From assembly GCF_001194135.2 (NCBI RefSeq), contig NC_068989.1:57324300-57388299 (forward strand): DNA of 64,000 bases. The letters run 5' to 3'. Source of the DNA: Octopus bimaculoides. Lineage: Eukaryota. Position numbers and translations under genes: made by a program. A model generated the notes under the pieces. That model worked only from the letters and a program-made list of their open reading frames with translations. It did not search any database and had not been told where the DNA came from. This document shows, piece after piece, positions 52,239-64,000 of the stretch; the first letter of the stretch is position 1, and every line of letters begins with the position of its first letter.

Positions 52239-52626
52239 GGCGCAGGAGTGGCTATGTGGTAAGTAGCTTGTTTACCAACCACATGGTTCAAAATTCAGTC
52301 CCATTGCGTGGCACCTCGGGCAAGTGGCTTCTACTATAGCCTCGGGCCTTGTATATATATGTGTGTGAGTGTGTGTGTATGTATGTATGTATGTATATGT
52401 ATATGCATATGCTTGTGTGTCTGTATTTGTCTTCCCACCATTGCTTGACAACCGATGTTGGTGTGTTTACATCCATGCAACTTAGCGGTTCGGTAAAAAT
52501 GAACGATAGAATAAGTACTAGGCTCACAAAGAAGAGTTACTGGGGTCGATTTGCTCGACCAAAGGTAGTGCTCCAGCATGACCGCAGTCAAGTGACTGAA
52601 ACAAATAAAAGAATAAAAAGAATAAA
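52239..52626 (+). mobile_element. SINE family A, composite copy with internal microsatellite and 3' tail
   Basis: The head matches 24741. It has a (GT/GTAT)n middle, then the tail ttgacaaccgatg...ggggtcgatttgctcgac...ccagcatgaccgcagtc...gaataaaa. Confidence 0.9.
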
Positions 52627-52737
52627 GTAATATATTACATATGTATGTGTGTATATGTGTAATATATATATATATATATAAATATACATATACATATACA
52701 TATATACAGGCACACAGGGACTCGCATACATATAAAC

Positions 52738-52777
<40 letters not shown>

Positions 52778-53329
52778 TACTGGATCTTTTTCAGTTTGGT
52801 CTATTTAATAACAATCTGCTACTTTTGGGAAATATGCTAGTTTATCTTATAGTATTGATCTAGCAATCTTGTGTTTATTTAGCTTTCCACTAGGCGTAGT
52901 CTTTATTTTTTCTGAAACGAAATAAAAGATTTGACTTTTATGCCTAAAGAGTAAAAAAACAAACAAGAATAAAGGAAGCTTTATGACACTCTTCATTCTG
53001 CAGTAGGATATAGCATCTCATCTCAGCAAGAGAACATGTACGTCGTTGTTGAATCTTCTAGAAATAGCAGTTAAAATCACACTGAGATTACACCCTACTG
53101 TTTTGAAAATGAGAGAAAAGAAAAACGGACATTAGCTAATATATTTCTAGTGAAGCCCAAAAGAAAAACTAAATGTTTATGACTTAAAAACTTATGTTAT
53201 ACAGCGCTAAAGAAAATGCATCGATACGTTTTTTTTTTNNNNNNNNNNNNNNNNAAAACTTATGTTATACAGCGCTAAAGAAAATGCATCGATACGTTTT
53301 TTTTTTGGGGGGGGGGGGTTAATGCACGA

Positions 53330-53466
53330 CTTCTAACTTAATGCTCAAGTCCATACATTTTCTGTGAAATGAACAGTGGAGGAGATCGATATCAGTAATT
53401 AACTGGTGTTCTTTGCATCGATTCCAGAAAGATGGAAAGCAACGTTGATTCCGTCAGAATTTGAAA
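53330..53466 (-). mobile_element. SINE family B remnant, very diverged
   Basis: aactggtgttctttgcatcgattccagaaagatggaaagcaacgttgattccgtcagaatttgaa. Confidence 0.5.
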
Positions 53467-54202
53467 TGGGTGAATTTTCATCTATAAATTATGACAGTTG
53501 TTACCAACAACAGTTTTACCAACACCTAAACATAAATCGACGTACACGTTTATGACTAACTTCTCATAAAGACAATGAACATACAGTACAAGTGACGTCA
53601 TGAATAAATAATACTGTTGCTGCTGTATTGAGCTGGTGATTGTAAAACTAATCTAAATGATCATACTGGTGGTGCTATGAGTCAACAGGCAACAAAACAC
53701 TTAGTATTATGTTAGTAGGAATATGTTAAGTGTATCTGTAGTCAATATTGATTTCTTACATAGGGTACTAGTGTTCAAATTTCTACTGTTTTTATTGCTA
53801 ATATATTCAACCAGCAATTGCGTGAGAACATTTCATAACAAGATATTTTTTAATAGCTTAATCAAAGAAAAAAGGGAGTAAGTTATCCTTAGACTAGAGA
53901 ACTGGTCCGCAAGCTTGCCAAAGCGGGGCCTCTGCAAAAGACTCCAAAATCCTCAATCTGATAGTGGTGTTAGACTGAACAACAAATTAAATGCGCTCCC
54001 CTAAATAAAAATGGTCACTTCCTAAAAGGTTTCTAGGCTGTTCTATTTACCTAGTTCACTCACAAATAGTTTTAAAGTTTTGCCCATTTTTGCAGGAATT
54101 GGATTCTTCTTAACTCAACTGATATCTGCCCTGTATGAAGGTAGAATACAAAGCAATTGTAGAGAATCTAAATAAAGCACGTCGTTCAATTCATTTTCCA
54201 AC

Positions 54203-54240
<38 letters not shown>

Positions 54241-54274
54241 TCACAAAGGGTAAATTAGTTTCGAGAATAATGGA

Positions 54275-54672
54275 CGCAAGTGTAAATAAGTGTGGTAGTC
54301 CTAACTGCGGAACATGTCCCAATCTCTTAGAAATATCAGAATTCCATTTTAGACAAGGGCAAAATTCAAAGTTACATTCAACTTCACTTGCGTCTCTGAA
54401 AACTTCATTTATGCTATTCGATGCTCGGGCTGCCATAAAACTATATAGTGTCGACAGGAAAGTTGATAAGACAGGGATGTACGATCCACAGACAATAGAT
54501 ATCCACCCCACAATATCACCAGATATCTCGCAGTGAACACATTAACAGATGTCCAGAACTACTGCAACCACAAATACTAATATTCCCATTATATCAATTT
54601 GCTATTTGGATCTCAACACGAATACGACTAAAGAGGCCTCATTTATCGAAAAATATAAGCCAGAATCAAATA
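54275..54672 (+). mobile_element. Penelope-like element, GIY-YIG endonuclease fragment
   Basis: Pieces across frames: KCGSPNCGTCP, FTCVSENFIYAIRCSGC, NYIVSTG, IHRQ*I, SEHINRC and KEASFIEKYKPESN. Confidence 0.8.
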
Positions 54673-54948
54673 TACACCCATATTGAAAATTAAAGATTTA
54701 CCCCAACTATTGTGAGAATCAAATGTAGACCAATATAAAAAATTACAGATTTACCTCCCCTTCAGTGTAAAGTAACTTAGATACTAATTATTCCCCCTAG
54801 CAAACAAAATATCTAATTCAGAAATCCATCCAAAACTCATAATTTGAAAAGCGATAACGAAACCGATTATAATGCTGGAAGAAAAAAATCTTCTTTTGCA
54901 CATTGTATAATACTTTTACTATTATGATTCTAATAAATTCTTTAGTCT

Positions 54949-55052
<104 letters not shown>

Positions 55053-55493
55053 TGTGTGTATACATACAAGAGTTAAAGAATGGCGTAGATAAGATCCGGG
55101 CTACATATGATTCATAGTGAGCAGAACCTTGGAAGAGGTAAATATCTCAGCGAGGTGTATACCGCAGGCTACTCTTCAGGCCAAGGATATCTTGAATAAA
55201 TGAAACATTTTAACGCATGGAAGATATATGTATGTACGTATGTATGTATGTATGTATGTATGTATGTATGTATGCATTCATTCATGTATGTATGTATGAG
55301 TGATTTTTGTATGGGAAATGAAACGAAACAGAATATGTTTTGCGGCTCAGGCTTCACGCAATTGCGAGCATCAGGCGAGATCTTGACTCGCGCGGCTGAC
55401 TCTCAGTTTCATTCCCAATAAGAGCTATATTTTGTACAACATGTATTCACAAATAGTCCCTCATTCGCCAGATATAAACGAATGTACGCACGT

Positions 55494-55533
<40 letters not shown>

Positions 55534-56374
55534 AGAGAGAGAGACTGTGAGAGATAGAAACTGAGGAGTGAAAGAGAGATAGATACATACGTACGCATAT
55601 ACATATATATGCATACATAAATATTTACATATATTTATATATAGATAGGCCATATATATGCATATACATATATACACATATATATGTATAACCATACTAT
55701 ATATATCATGTTTCAGTTTTAAGCAGATTTTATATGCACCATCGTCCACGAATGTAGATTTTTGCTTTTTTGCCTGTTTTTTTTTTGTCTTTTGTTTTTT
55801 CGTGTTTTTGTTTTGCTCTTGCTTTTTCGGTGTATGGACTGTTCTATTTTTTGATATCGATAAAATGCGATTTTAGAAACTTTAAATAATTATACTTTAG
55901 TAATATTAAAAATTTCTCTCTTTTATTTTTCTTTCTTCTCAATATAAAACTCTTATTCTACAAAGTAAAAATAAGATATTTTCCACCTCAGTGATAGAGA
56001 ACAATATAGAAAGATCTTGAAAACAGTGTATAACTAATAACATTATAAACATCTATTTGAAGATGTGCAATTTGCTAAGTAAATTTTGTTTATTCTTCCG
56101 CATGCAAACATAGAAAAAAACCAGCATTTGTTGGTTGAAACTTATCGATTTATTCGCACCTTCATTTTATTTGTATATATTTGTTTTAAATAGACACAAG
56201 AACATCGTCATACAGACAATGGACAAATTAGTGGTTGGGTGGGGTAGAAAGAGTAGTATGAAAAGAGAAGGGAGTGGGGAAAACTGGAAATAGAATGGCG
56301 GAGAAATAGAGAGAAATTTGCTGAAGCAGACGATTAAGAAGAGGTTAACTGGAGAGGAAATTAAGCGATAGTAC

Positions 56375-56412
<38 letters not shown>

Positions 56413-56621
56413 GTACGTATGTGCATATGTATATACATACACATAGTATATATGTATATATGCTATGTATGTATTCTTTTATTCTTTTATTATTTTACAC
56501 AAGTCCGTCATCAGACACCACCTCAAAGAATTTTAGACGAACGAATCCATCCCATTACTCATTTTTTAAAAGCCTAATAACTATTCTATCTGTCTCTTTT
56601 GTAGAACGTGTACGTTAAAGG

Positions 56622-56701
56622 GTTGGAAACAAACCAACACCGGTTGTCAAGGGTGGTGGGAACAAACATAAAGGCCATTCGTTGGTGATGTCCTGTACTT
56701 A

Positions 56702-56741
<40 letters not shown>

Positions 56742-56875
56742 GACATGCTTCTTTTAGTTTCCGTCTACCAAATTCACTCACTAGGCCTTAGTCAGCTCGA
56801 GGCAATGGTAAAAGCAACATCCCAAGTTGTCATGCAGTGGGATTAGACCCGAAATATTTGGTTGGAAAGAAACAA
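56622..56875 (-). mobile_element. SINE family A tail fragment, (TA)n and head
   Basis: aacaccggttgtcaagggtggtggg (tail), (TA)n, then gtttccgtctaccaaattcactcac...gcagtgggatt (head). Confidence 0.75.
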
Positions 56876-57205
56876 TGCAGTTATCAATGGGATGAGATGA
56901 AATTAATACGTGGAAGGTTTCGCAGCTCTAGCATCAATCCTTCATAATCAGCCTATTAACTTTTCAAGCTCGTATGTATATGGGAGAATATATACGTACA
57001 AACATGAAGTTATATATGCATACATACATACATGTTCATAAACACGCAGTCACTTGTGCACGGACAGATGATAAGCGTCCGAAATCACAACAATCAGCAT
57101 ATTTCTAGCATCTCTGAATGTACGTATAAAGCATTTCTAAGTTAAGGAATTAACGCGCGCGTGCACCCACAAGCACACGTGCAAGGTTACATACATATGT
57201 ACACA

Positions 57206-57273
<68 letters not shown>

Positions 57274-57283
57274 NNNNNNNNNN

Positions 57284-57317
<34 letters not shown>

Positions 57318-57510
57318 CATACATACATACATACATACATACATACATACGCACACACACACATACGCACACACACACACACACATATCAAATTAAATAT
57401 ACAACCGAAAGAGTTACTAATAGTTTCATGCTATATAATTGAACAGACATATTTATAAAATATGCCATGTTTCTTAAAGAAATCTTTCATGCTCTGTTTA
57501 TGTATGTATG

Positions 57511-57544
<34 letters not shown>

Positions 57545-57637
57545 TGAATGTATGTATGTATGTGCGTACGTACGTACATATTTATGTATGTATGTATGCA
57601 TTTTGTATGTATGTATGTATGTATGTATGTATGTATC

Positions 57638-58355
57638 TGCAGATTTGTATGTTTTATGTATGTATTCTCATGCATATAGTTACATATCTAATAATGCTCA
57701 TATATATTTAGTTTTTACAGTTCCGGTGATGGATTGGATCAGTAGTTTTCGAATTAGCTTTCTCCTTTCTGGATTAGAGAAGCCTAATTTCTTAAGATCG
57801 GTATATAGGCAATGTGTTACATATCCTTGAGCCCCAATAATTACAGGTATAAACCTGAACTTGAAATCTGGATAGAGTAACTGCAGATTTCTCAGTAGTT
57901 CAGCATAGGTGTTATCTTTTTCACTGATCTTCAGCTTTATGTTAACATCCGCTGGGCAGCTAATTTCCACAAACTGCGCACAGTTTCTCTTCTCTATTCT
58001 AAATCATTATATCAGGTCTGTTATGCTTACATTTATTGAGGTGTTCGCTTGTACATTCCACCAGTATTCCTTTTCATTGTGGCTTCTACTATATCGTAGG
58101 TTTTTATTTCTTTGTCCTCGGGATTATCCTTCCGACGGATTTCATTATAGGAGTATCCTAGCTACAATGTTATGTCTCATCGGTAGATAATACCGTGATG
58201 ATATTTTCGGACAATAGCTCATGATGTGGGTGATATCTTCAGTGTGAACTCCACACAGTCTGCATCGGTTGTCACATTTTAAGGCTTTTTCCGCATCTCT
58301 ATCCCTTTTGTGCATCAGGTACTTGGTTGATATTTCCTGTTCCTGGATTGCAAAC
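57638..58355 (-). mobile_element. 5'-truncated non-LTR retrotransposon, RLE type (R4/Dong-like)
   Basis: Minus strand gives FAIQEQEISTKY, a CCHC knuckle CRLCGVHTEDITHIMSYC, an RH motif (MRHNIVA), a PD-(D/E) nuclease motif HNRPDI...VEISCPAD and FIPVIIGAQG, then a 3' UTR. It has frameshifts and stops, and (ATAC)n on both sides. Confidence 0.9.
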
Positions 58356-58901
58356 GTATGTATGTATGTATGTATGTATGTTTGTTTGTATGTATGTATG
58401 TATGTACAAATAGTATGGAAAGAACTGAATAGATCTTGGCAATTTAACTTAGAAGTACATCCAATTAATTCAGCTAGTCAGTAAAGCGGTCCGTACAAAG
58501 TTAAACTGTTGTATACTGATTCTGGATACCCGGCAAATCCATGTATAGACCAAAGGTATAATTTATGCATATTACGTAGTGTATCATTTAGTAAACAAAA
58601 ACAAATATATAGTTGAAAACATTATTACACACATTTCAATGGTTTGGTTTACTCTCAAATACGACGTCTATTACATATGTGGCAGTATATCACCTGGTGA
58701 AATGTAGTTGTTATGCGGAAGGCAAATTTACTGAGTGTTATCCAATATATTATAAAATCGACTTCGTATTTTTGGATAAACAACGCTATTGAAATGCATG
58801 TAATGGTATTTTGAACAGAGCGTCCTCCATTAAGTCATGTGCTTGTGTGTGTGTGTGAATGCGCGCGTGTGTGTGTGTGTATGAGGGTGTGTGGGGGGGG
58901 A

Positions 58902-58932
<31 letters not shown>

Positions 58933-59524
58933 AGTGTTCTTATTTTGAGTTCTATTTTAAATAGAATTCTTGAACACGCACACCTACTCGCGCTCGAGTA
59001 CACACGCAGTCACACGCACACACTTGCACACACACACTCATACACATACATAGAAGCAGAAATATCAATTTATCGGTCCATCATTTTCATGTTTCTACTC
59101 CATCTTCGTCTTATTACAGCCCTGATTATTCATGTGTTTACCTTTCTTAATTCCGCAATTTATTGCTTTACGTCCAGTTAATGTTACAAACATTCAGCAC
59201 TCAACTGCGTCTTGATGGTTTCCGGTGATTTTTATTTTATTATTTCTTTGTACCACAATGTTGTCAATTTTCCTACCTGACCGATGTATTTAATACCACT
59301 TCGAATATTCGATGAAAAAAATCAATAATTTGTAAACACGACTGATTGTCAATAAATCAATTGTGTTAACAATATGCCCGCATCATCATATTGTATTTAA
59401 GTAGGTTGATAAACATATTCTCTCTATATCGTGTCAGAGAGGAAAGGAACAAAAAATCAATATTTTGATCGACTTTTGAATAATTTATTTCTATTTCAAA
59501 TACCTCAACATATATCATTCTTGT

Positions 59525-59748
59525 TTAACTCTTTTGTTACCATATTACTGTTGAAATAGACTGCCTTTATTACGATTTTGGAAATAATGAAGAATTTAGC
59601 GGAATAACTTTGTCATTATGTTGATGATTGGAACAGAAATTAAGGATGACATTTTAATGAATTTTTTAAATTTTGATCACTTTAAAACAAGACGTTTATG
59701 TCGTAGAAGCAGAGACGGTCTTGAGTGGGTTGGTATCAAAAGGTTTAA
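59525..59748. mobile_element. piggyBac-like MITE with TTAA target duplication
   Basis: TTAA at 59525-59528 and 59745-59748. Termini ctcttttgttacca and tggtatcaaaaggt are imperfect inverted repeats. Confidence 0.65.
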
Positions 59749-59792
59749 GCACGCATGACGGAAAGAGACAGAAGCTAAATCATGTGACAAGG

Positions 59793-59975
59793 ACATTTCT
59801 GTTGAAATACACTGCCCTTATTTTACTTAAATTTGAAAAATGAAGAATATTGTAAAATAACTTTGGTATAGAAGTTGGTGTTTGGAACATTAGCTAAAAT
59901 GAAATTTTGATGGAAGATTTTTAACTAAGAACACTTTAAAACAGAGAGTCTTGGGCGGGTTGGTATTAAATGTTA
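59793..59975. mobile_element. Second, truncated tandem copy of the same MITE
   Basis: Repeats the internal motifs ctgttgaaata, aatgaagaat...aataactttg, cactttaaaaca and gggttggtat of the preceding copy. Confidence 0.65.
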
Positions 59976-60269
59976 TGACTTACCAATACACTAGAATATC
60001 TCTTGAATTCCTTTGGTTATACATATTCACTTCTTCAATAAAGAACTCGTTTTGTTGAGGTTTTTTGTTTGTTTAGTAGGGAAAGTATTTTGCTTGACAC
60101 CGCCATGAAAATCATTTCCTTGAGATATTGGGGTTGCACCTAGCACATTCAAGTTATCTTCGGAGTAGACTTTCTATTTCATTTTTTTCTTTTTTGCCGT
60201 TTTTACTAATTAAACACTCTCCCATCCTACTCACTTTCTACGTCCTCCCCATTGTTACAAGACAATGGA

Positions 60270-61000
60270 GTAGCACTGACATTTCTTTCCTAGAGCAAGG
60301 TAAAGTTGGGAGCTACAACCGGTGGAACAAATACTAGTGTTGCTGGGACACCAGTGTTTGGTGCCAGTTGTTATTGTTGATGATCCGCCACATTTTCTTT
60401 CTCTCTGCTTCATGGTTCTTCAGATTAGAAAGTCTTTTAGTGAGTCTCACTTCCATGAGTGTAACAGTTATTCCTTTTTACGCGCACCACTCTCATTACT
60501 TATAATTCTACACCACGACAGTGCACAATCTTGAATGGCTCCATGCCTTTCTGAGGTTATTGCAACTCATTAGTTCATACTGACCCCTTCCAACCAGATG
60601 TCATTCCTCGTGATCTCACAACGTACCCGTATTATGTTACAAAGGTGACCACAAATCAGGAAGCAATATCTGCCATTGCGCTTAACAGTCAGTCTTGTAT
60701 TACACTGATCCATGTACTGCTTTAGAGAGCCTATAGGCAGATATGTGCAGCACTAAACAGTCAGTTGCCTTGCCTTGGTCTTGCTGTTAAAAACTAAGTA
60801 GATACCACCATATATGATATATTGCCAAGATTCATAGAAACTAGATCTATTCATGTATAGATAAAGGCGTCCTGCAACTGTTCTTTGAGAAGAAGCGAAA
60901 GGCCTTCCACTTCTAGCAATACAGAAGTATGTTACCCTCCTTATTGAAAGATCTTGGATGTGTTGCATGGGTAAGAAGGTGCTGTCACTCATAGCACAGT
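60270..61000 (-). mobile_element. Decayed RTE-like LINE 3' fragment
   Basis: The minus-strand end reads TKRLSNLKNHEAERKKMWRII, like the RTE C-terminal L..L...A.DR..WR pattern. Many stops. Confidence 0.35.
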
Positions 61001-61357
61001 TTTCTATGTGTTTTATTGTTTCGAACTGACATATCTCAAGAAACTATTTGTGAATCTCAAGAAAATCTTATATTAATGTTATTTTTAACAACTTCATTAC
61101 TCTTTATCTGTTTGAAGTTTTTGCTGTATCAGTTCAGACTTGGTTATTTTTACAATTTGTTTGTCTATTTTAATATTCATGTTCGTACTTTTTTTTAATA
61201 ATCTGTTTGTCTATTTTATAATTCGTATTCGAATTATATTTTATATAATATATATTTTATATCTGTTTGTAGTTGGGTGGTGGTTTGTTTGAATAAAATC
61301 ACGCTATCGCTTCTATGGCAAACACTCCTTTATATAATAGCAATATAATTAATAATT

Positions 61358-61500
61358 CTTTCAAATTTTGGAACAAAGTCAGCTATTTTAGGGAGAAGGT
61401 AAGTTGATTACAACCCCGCCTATTACTTGACTGGCACTTCACGTTATCGACCCCAGAAGAATGAAAGGCAAAGTTGGCCTCAGTGAGATTTGAACTCCCC
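61358..61500 (-). mobile_element. SINE family B, diverged
   Basis: atcgacccc...gaatgaaaggcaaagttggcctc...gatttgaactc. Confidence 0.75.
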
Positions 61501-61522
61501 ATGACGTAGAGAGCCTTTAATT

Positions 61523-61722
61523 GTTCCAAACTTTGACTCAAGATCAGTTATTTTAGAGGGAGTGGGTAACTCTACTACATCAATTCAATGTTCAACTGGT
61601 ACTTATTATACGGCCTTAAAATGGAGGAAGACAAAGTTAACCTTGGCACTATTTGAACTTAGAATGTGAACAGCCGGAAGAAATGCTGCTAGGTATTTTT
61701 CGCAACGCGCTCACGATTCTAG
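61523..61722 (-). mobile_element. SINE family B, second adjacent diverged copy
   Basis: caactggtacttatt...caaagttaaccttggc...tttgaacttagaa. Confidence 0.65.
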
Positions 61723-62808
61723 GAAGATAGTAATAATATCAATAGAAACTAAGTGCTTTTCAATTCAACACCATGCATTGGTGACGGGAAACGAACCGCT
61801 AGTATTTCGTTTGGCGTATCTATTAATTTATCGTCTGGGCCAGCATCAAATTCTGTCTTTATCGATCGAAAGATATTTAGATGGTGATTAAAAGATTGCG
61901 ATTTTCAAGCCGGAAATTTCCATCTGTTGTGTCATAAATAAATATTTCTGATAGCAGCAGTTTGTGGTAATTCTGAGAATGTTTAAGCAAAATATTTTCA
62001 TGATCTCGCAGAGTCATTGTACAAATGTCAATGATGAAATAAAAGCATAAAGAGCAGTTCCTGTTTATCTAAAGCTGCTGCATACTGTCATTAATCGGGT
62101 TCACATTTAAATACAAAATTAAAAGCGAACGTGGAAGAGAATGATACGAAGAGAGAATGAGGGGGAGAGAAAGAGGGAGAGAGAAGGAACGACGCATTGC
62201 GCCCGTTGTGACAAATCGACGATCCATTTTGAAATAAAGTTAATGTCTTCGAGAACACAACGATTACAGCCTCCTCTCTCCTTCACTGCAAATTCTACGC
62301 TCTGGGCTTCTGCAATATGATAATACAAAATACGGATAGAAATTGGATCTTAATGGTTTAATATCTGAGCGAGAAGTCCTTGGCGATATAAATTAACCTG
62401 GTATTGGTATTGTATAATGTTTTTGTATAAAACTGCTGAGAAATGTATTTTTAATTCTATACAACTAATGTTTGACTAATTGAAACACTCTTTCCTTTAC
62501 GATATTACATTTAGGCATTCAAGTTGGAAATTTTATTTACACAATTTAGAAATTAATCTTGCGAGTGACGCACAGTAGGGGGGACTTCTTCACTCGGTGA
62601 GTCAATCAGATGAATTGAATTCATTCAATTTTGATTAAAGTTAAATCAATTAGCTATGCCCCCGTTTTCCTTGTGAAAGATCTTGATATTATTAAAATTT
62701 CTCATTTCACTTCCCTTTATATTACCTGAACTGTAGAGACAAACACATACTGAGACTAATAATTGTTACAACTATCCCTACGGTAGCCGTACAAATAGTA
62801 GTGATATT

Positions 62809-62980
62809 GGTTTCAAATTTTGGCACAAGGCCAGCAATTTTGGGGGAAAAGGTAAGTCGATTACATCGACTCCAGTGCTCAACTGGTACTTATTTTAACA
62901 ACCCCGAAAAGATGATAGGCAAAGTGGACCTCGGTAGAATTTGAACTGAGAATGTAAGGACAGGCGAAATGCCGTCAAGA
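62809..62980 (-). mobile_element. SINE family B
   Basis: ggtttcaaattttggcacaaggccagc...aagtcgattacatcgac...gaatttgaact. Confidence 0.85.
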
Positions 62981-63085
62981 ATATATAACACACACACATA
63001 TTCGCCCTCACACACATACGCACGCACACACGTATACATGCATATATATACATACATATATACATATGTGTATATATTTATATAG

Positions 63086-63116
<31 letters not shown>

Positions 63117-63296
63117 TGCGTATATATATATATATATATATGTTTGTATATATATATGTATATACATATAAATATGCATATATATGTAAATACATGTATG
63201 TATATATATGTATATACATATACGTATATATATATGTATGTATATGTATATTCATGTATGTATATATGTATATGTATGTATATACATGTATGTATA

Positions 63297-63363
<67 letters not shown>

Positions 63364-63940
63364 ATATAATATGGTGTAATGTAATATAATACATATAATA
63401 TAATTTCGGATTGTGCATTTGTATACGAATGCATGCATGGATATTTATTTGTAAATACAATATATATTTGTGTATAAATACACGTGTGAGTGATCACATT
63501 TGTAAACGTATGAAACGGTGCTTCAAGAGTCAATCTCTAAGACCGATCATATCATGATGGAAAATATGCTGATCTCCTTTGGGGATTCTTCTATTTTAAG
63601 CAAACCAGTTCATTCTATACGGTTTAGTTGAAGAAACTTGCTTGGCTTCCAAGTAACAGCGAGCTATTGGCATCTTAATTTTAATTTGTCTTCCCTTCTG
63701 TCTGCTTGAGGTAACTTTATGCGACAACATATCGCTGTTCGATGACAGCTACTGTCAACAACAGGAAGAGAAGGTGACACTTTCTCTTTAGTCATAGTTT
63801 TAGATTTAATTGCCTTTCAAGTAAGGATAATCACAAATACTTGTCACAACAAACTGCTAGTTTTTCTTCGTTTTATTTCTTCATTCTGAAGTGGATTAGA
63901 TATAACTATGAATGAAAAATAAGATATATGTACATCTATA

Positions 63941-64000
<60 letters not shown>

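Noticed and set aside
53307-53318. G12 run as a G-quadruplex
   Set aside because: A single homopolymer beside an assembly artefact, so its length is unreliable.

Overview
AT-rich eukaryotic, almost entirely non-coding DNA from a draft short-read scaffold. It has about 20 N-gaps totalling roughly 8 kb, most of them bordered by microsatellites. The repeat content (tRNA-derived SINEs resembling the octopus OK/OR-type families, very dense TA/TG/GTAT/GATA microsatellites) suggests an octopus genome; this is inference, not a database result. No host gene can be identified with confidence. Nearly all ORFs in the track are artefacts of microsatellites and N runs; the rest are transposon relics. Supported content: one full-length dead mariner plus two mariner fragments, R4/Dong-type restriction-like-endonuclease (RLE) retrotransposon fragments, a Penelope GIY-YIG fragment, a Penelope-type tail with a hammerhead-ribozyme core, decayed LINE pieces, about 20 SINE copies of three families, and MITE or fold-back elements. 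The most interesting signals are: (i) an RLE retrotransposon whose junctions lie in (ATAC)n, suggesting a tetranucleotide-microsatellite target; (ii) a dimer-type minimal hammerhead; (iii) a SINE carrying an internal expanding microsatellite; (iv) a ~105-nt hairpin beside a duplicated splice-acceptor/exon-like unit; (v) several perfect 14-15 bp hairpins; (vi) two contigs that appear to be in swapped order.
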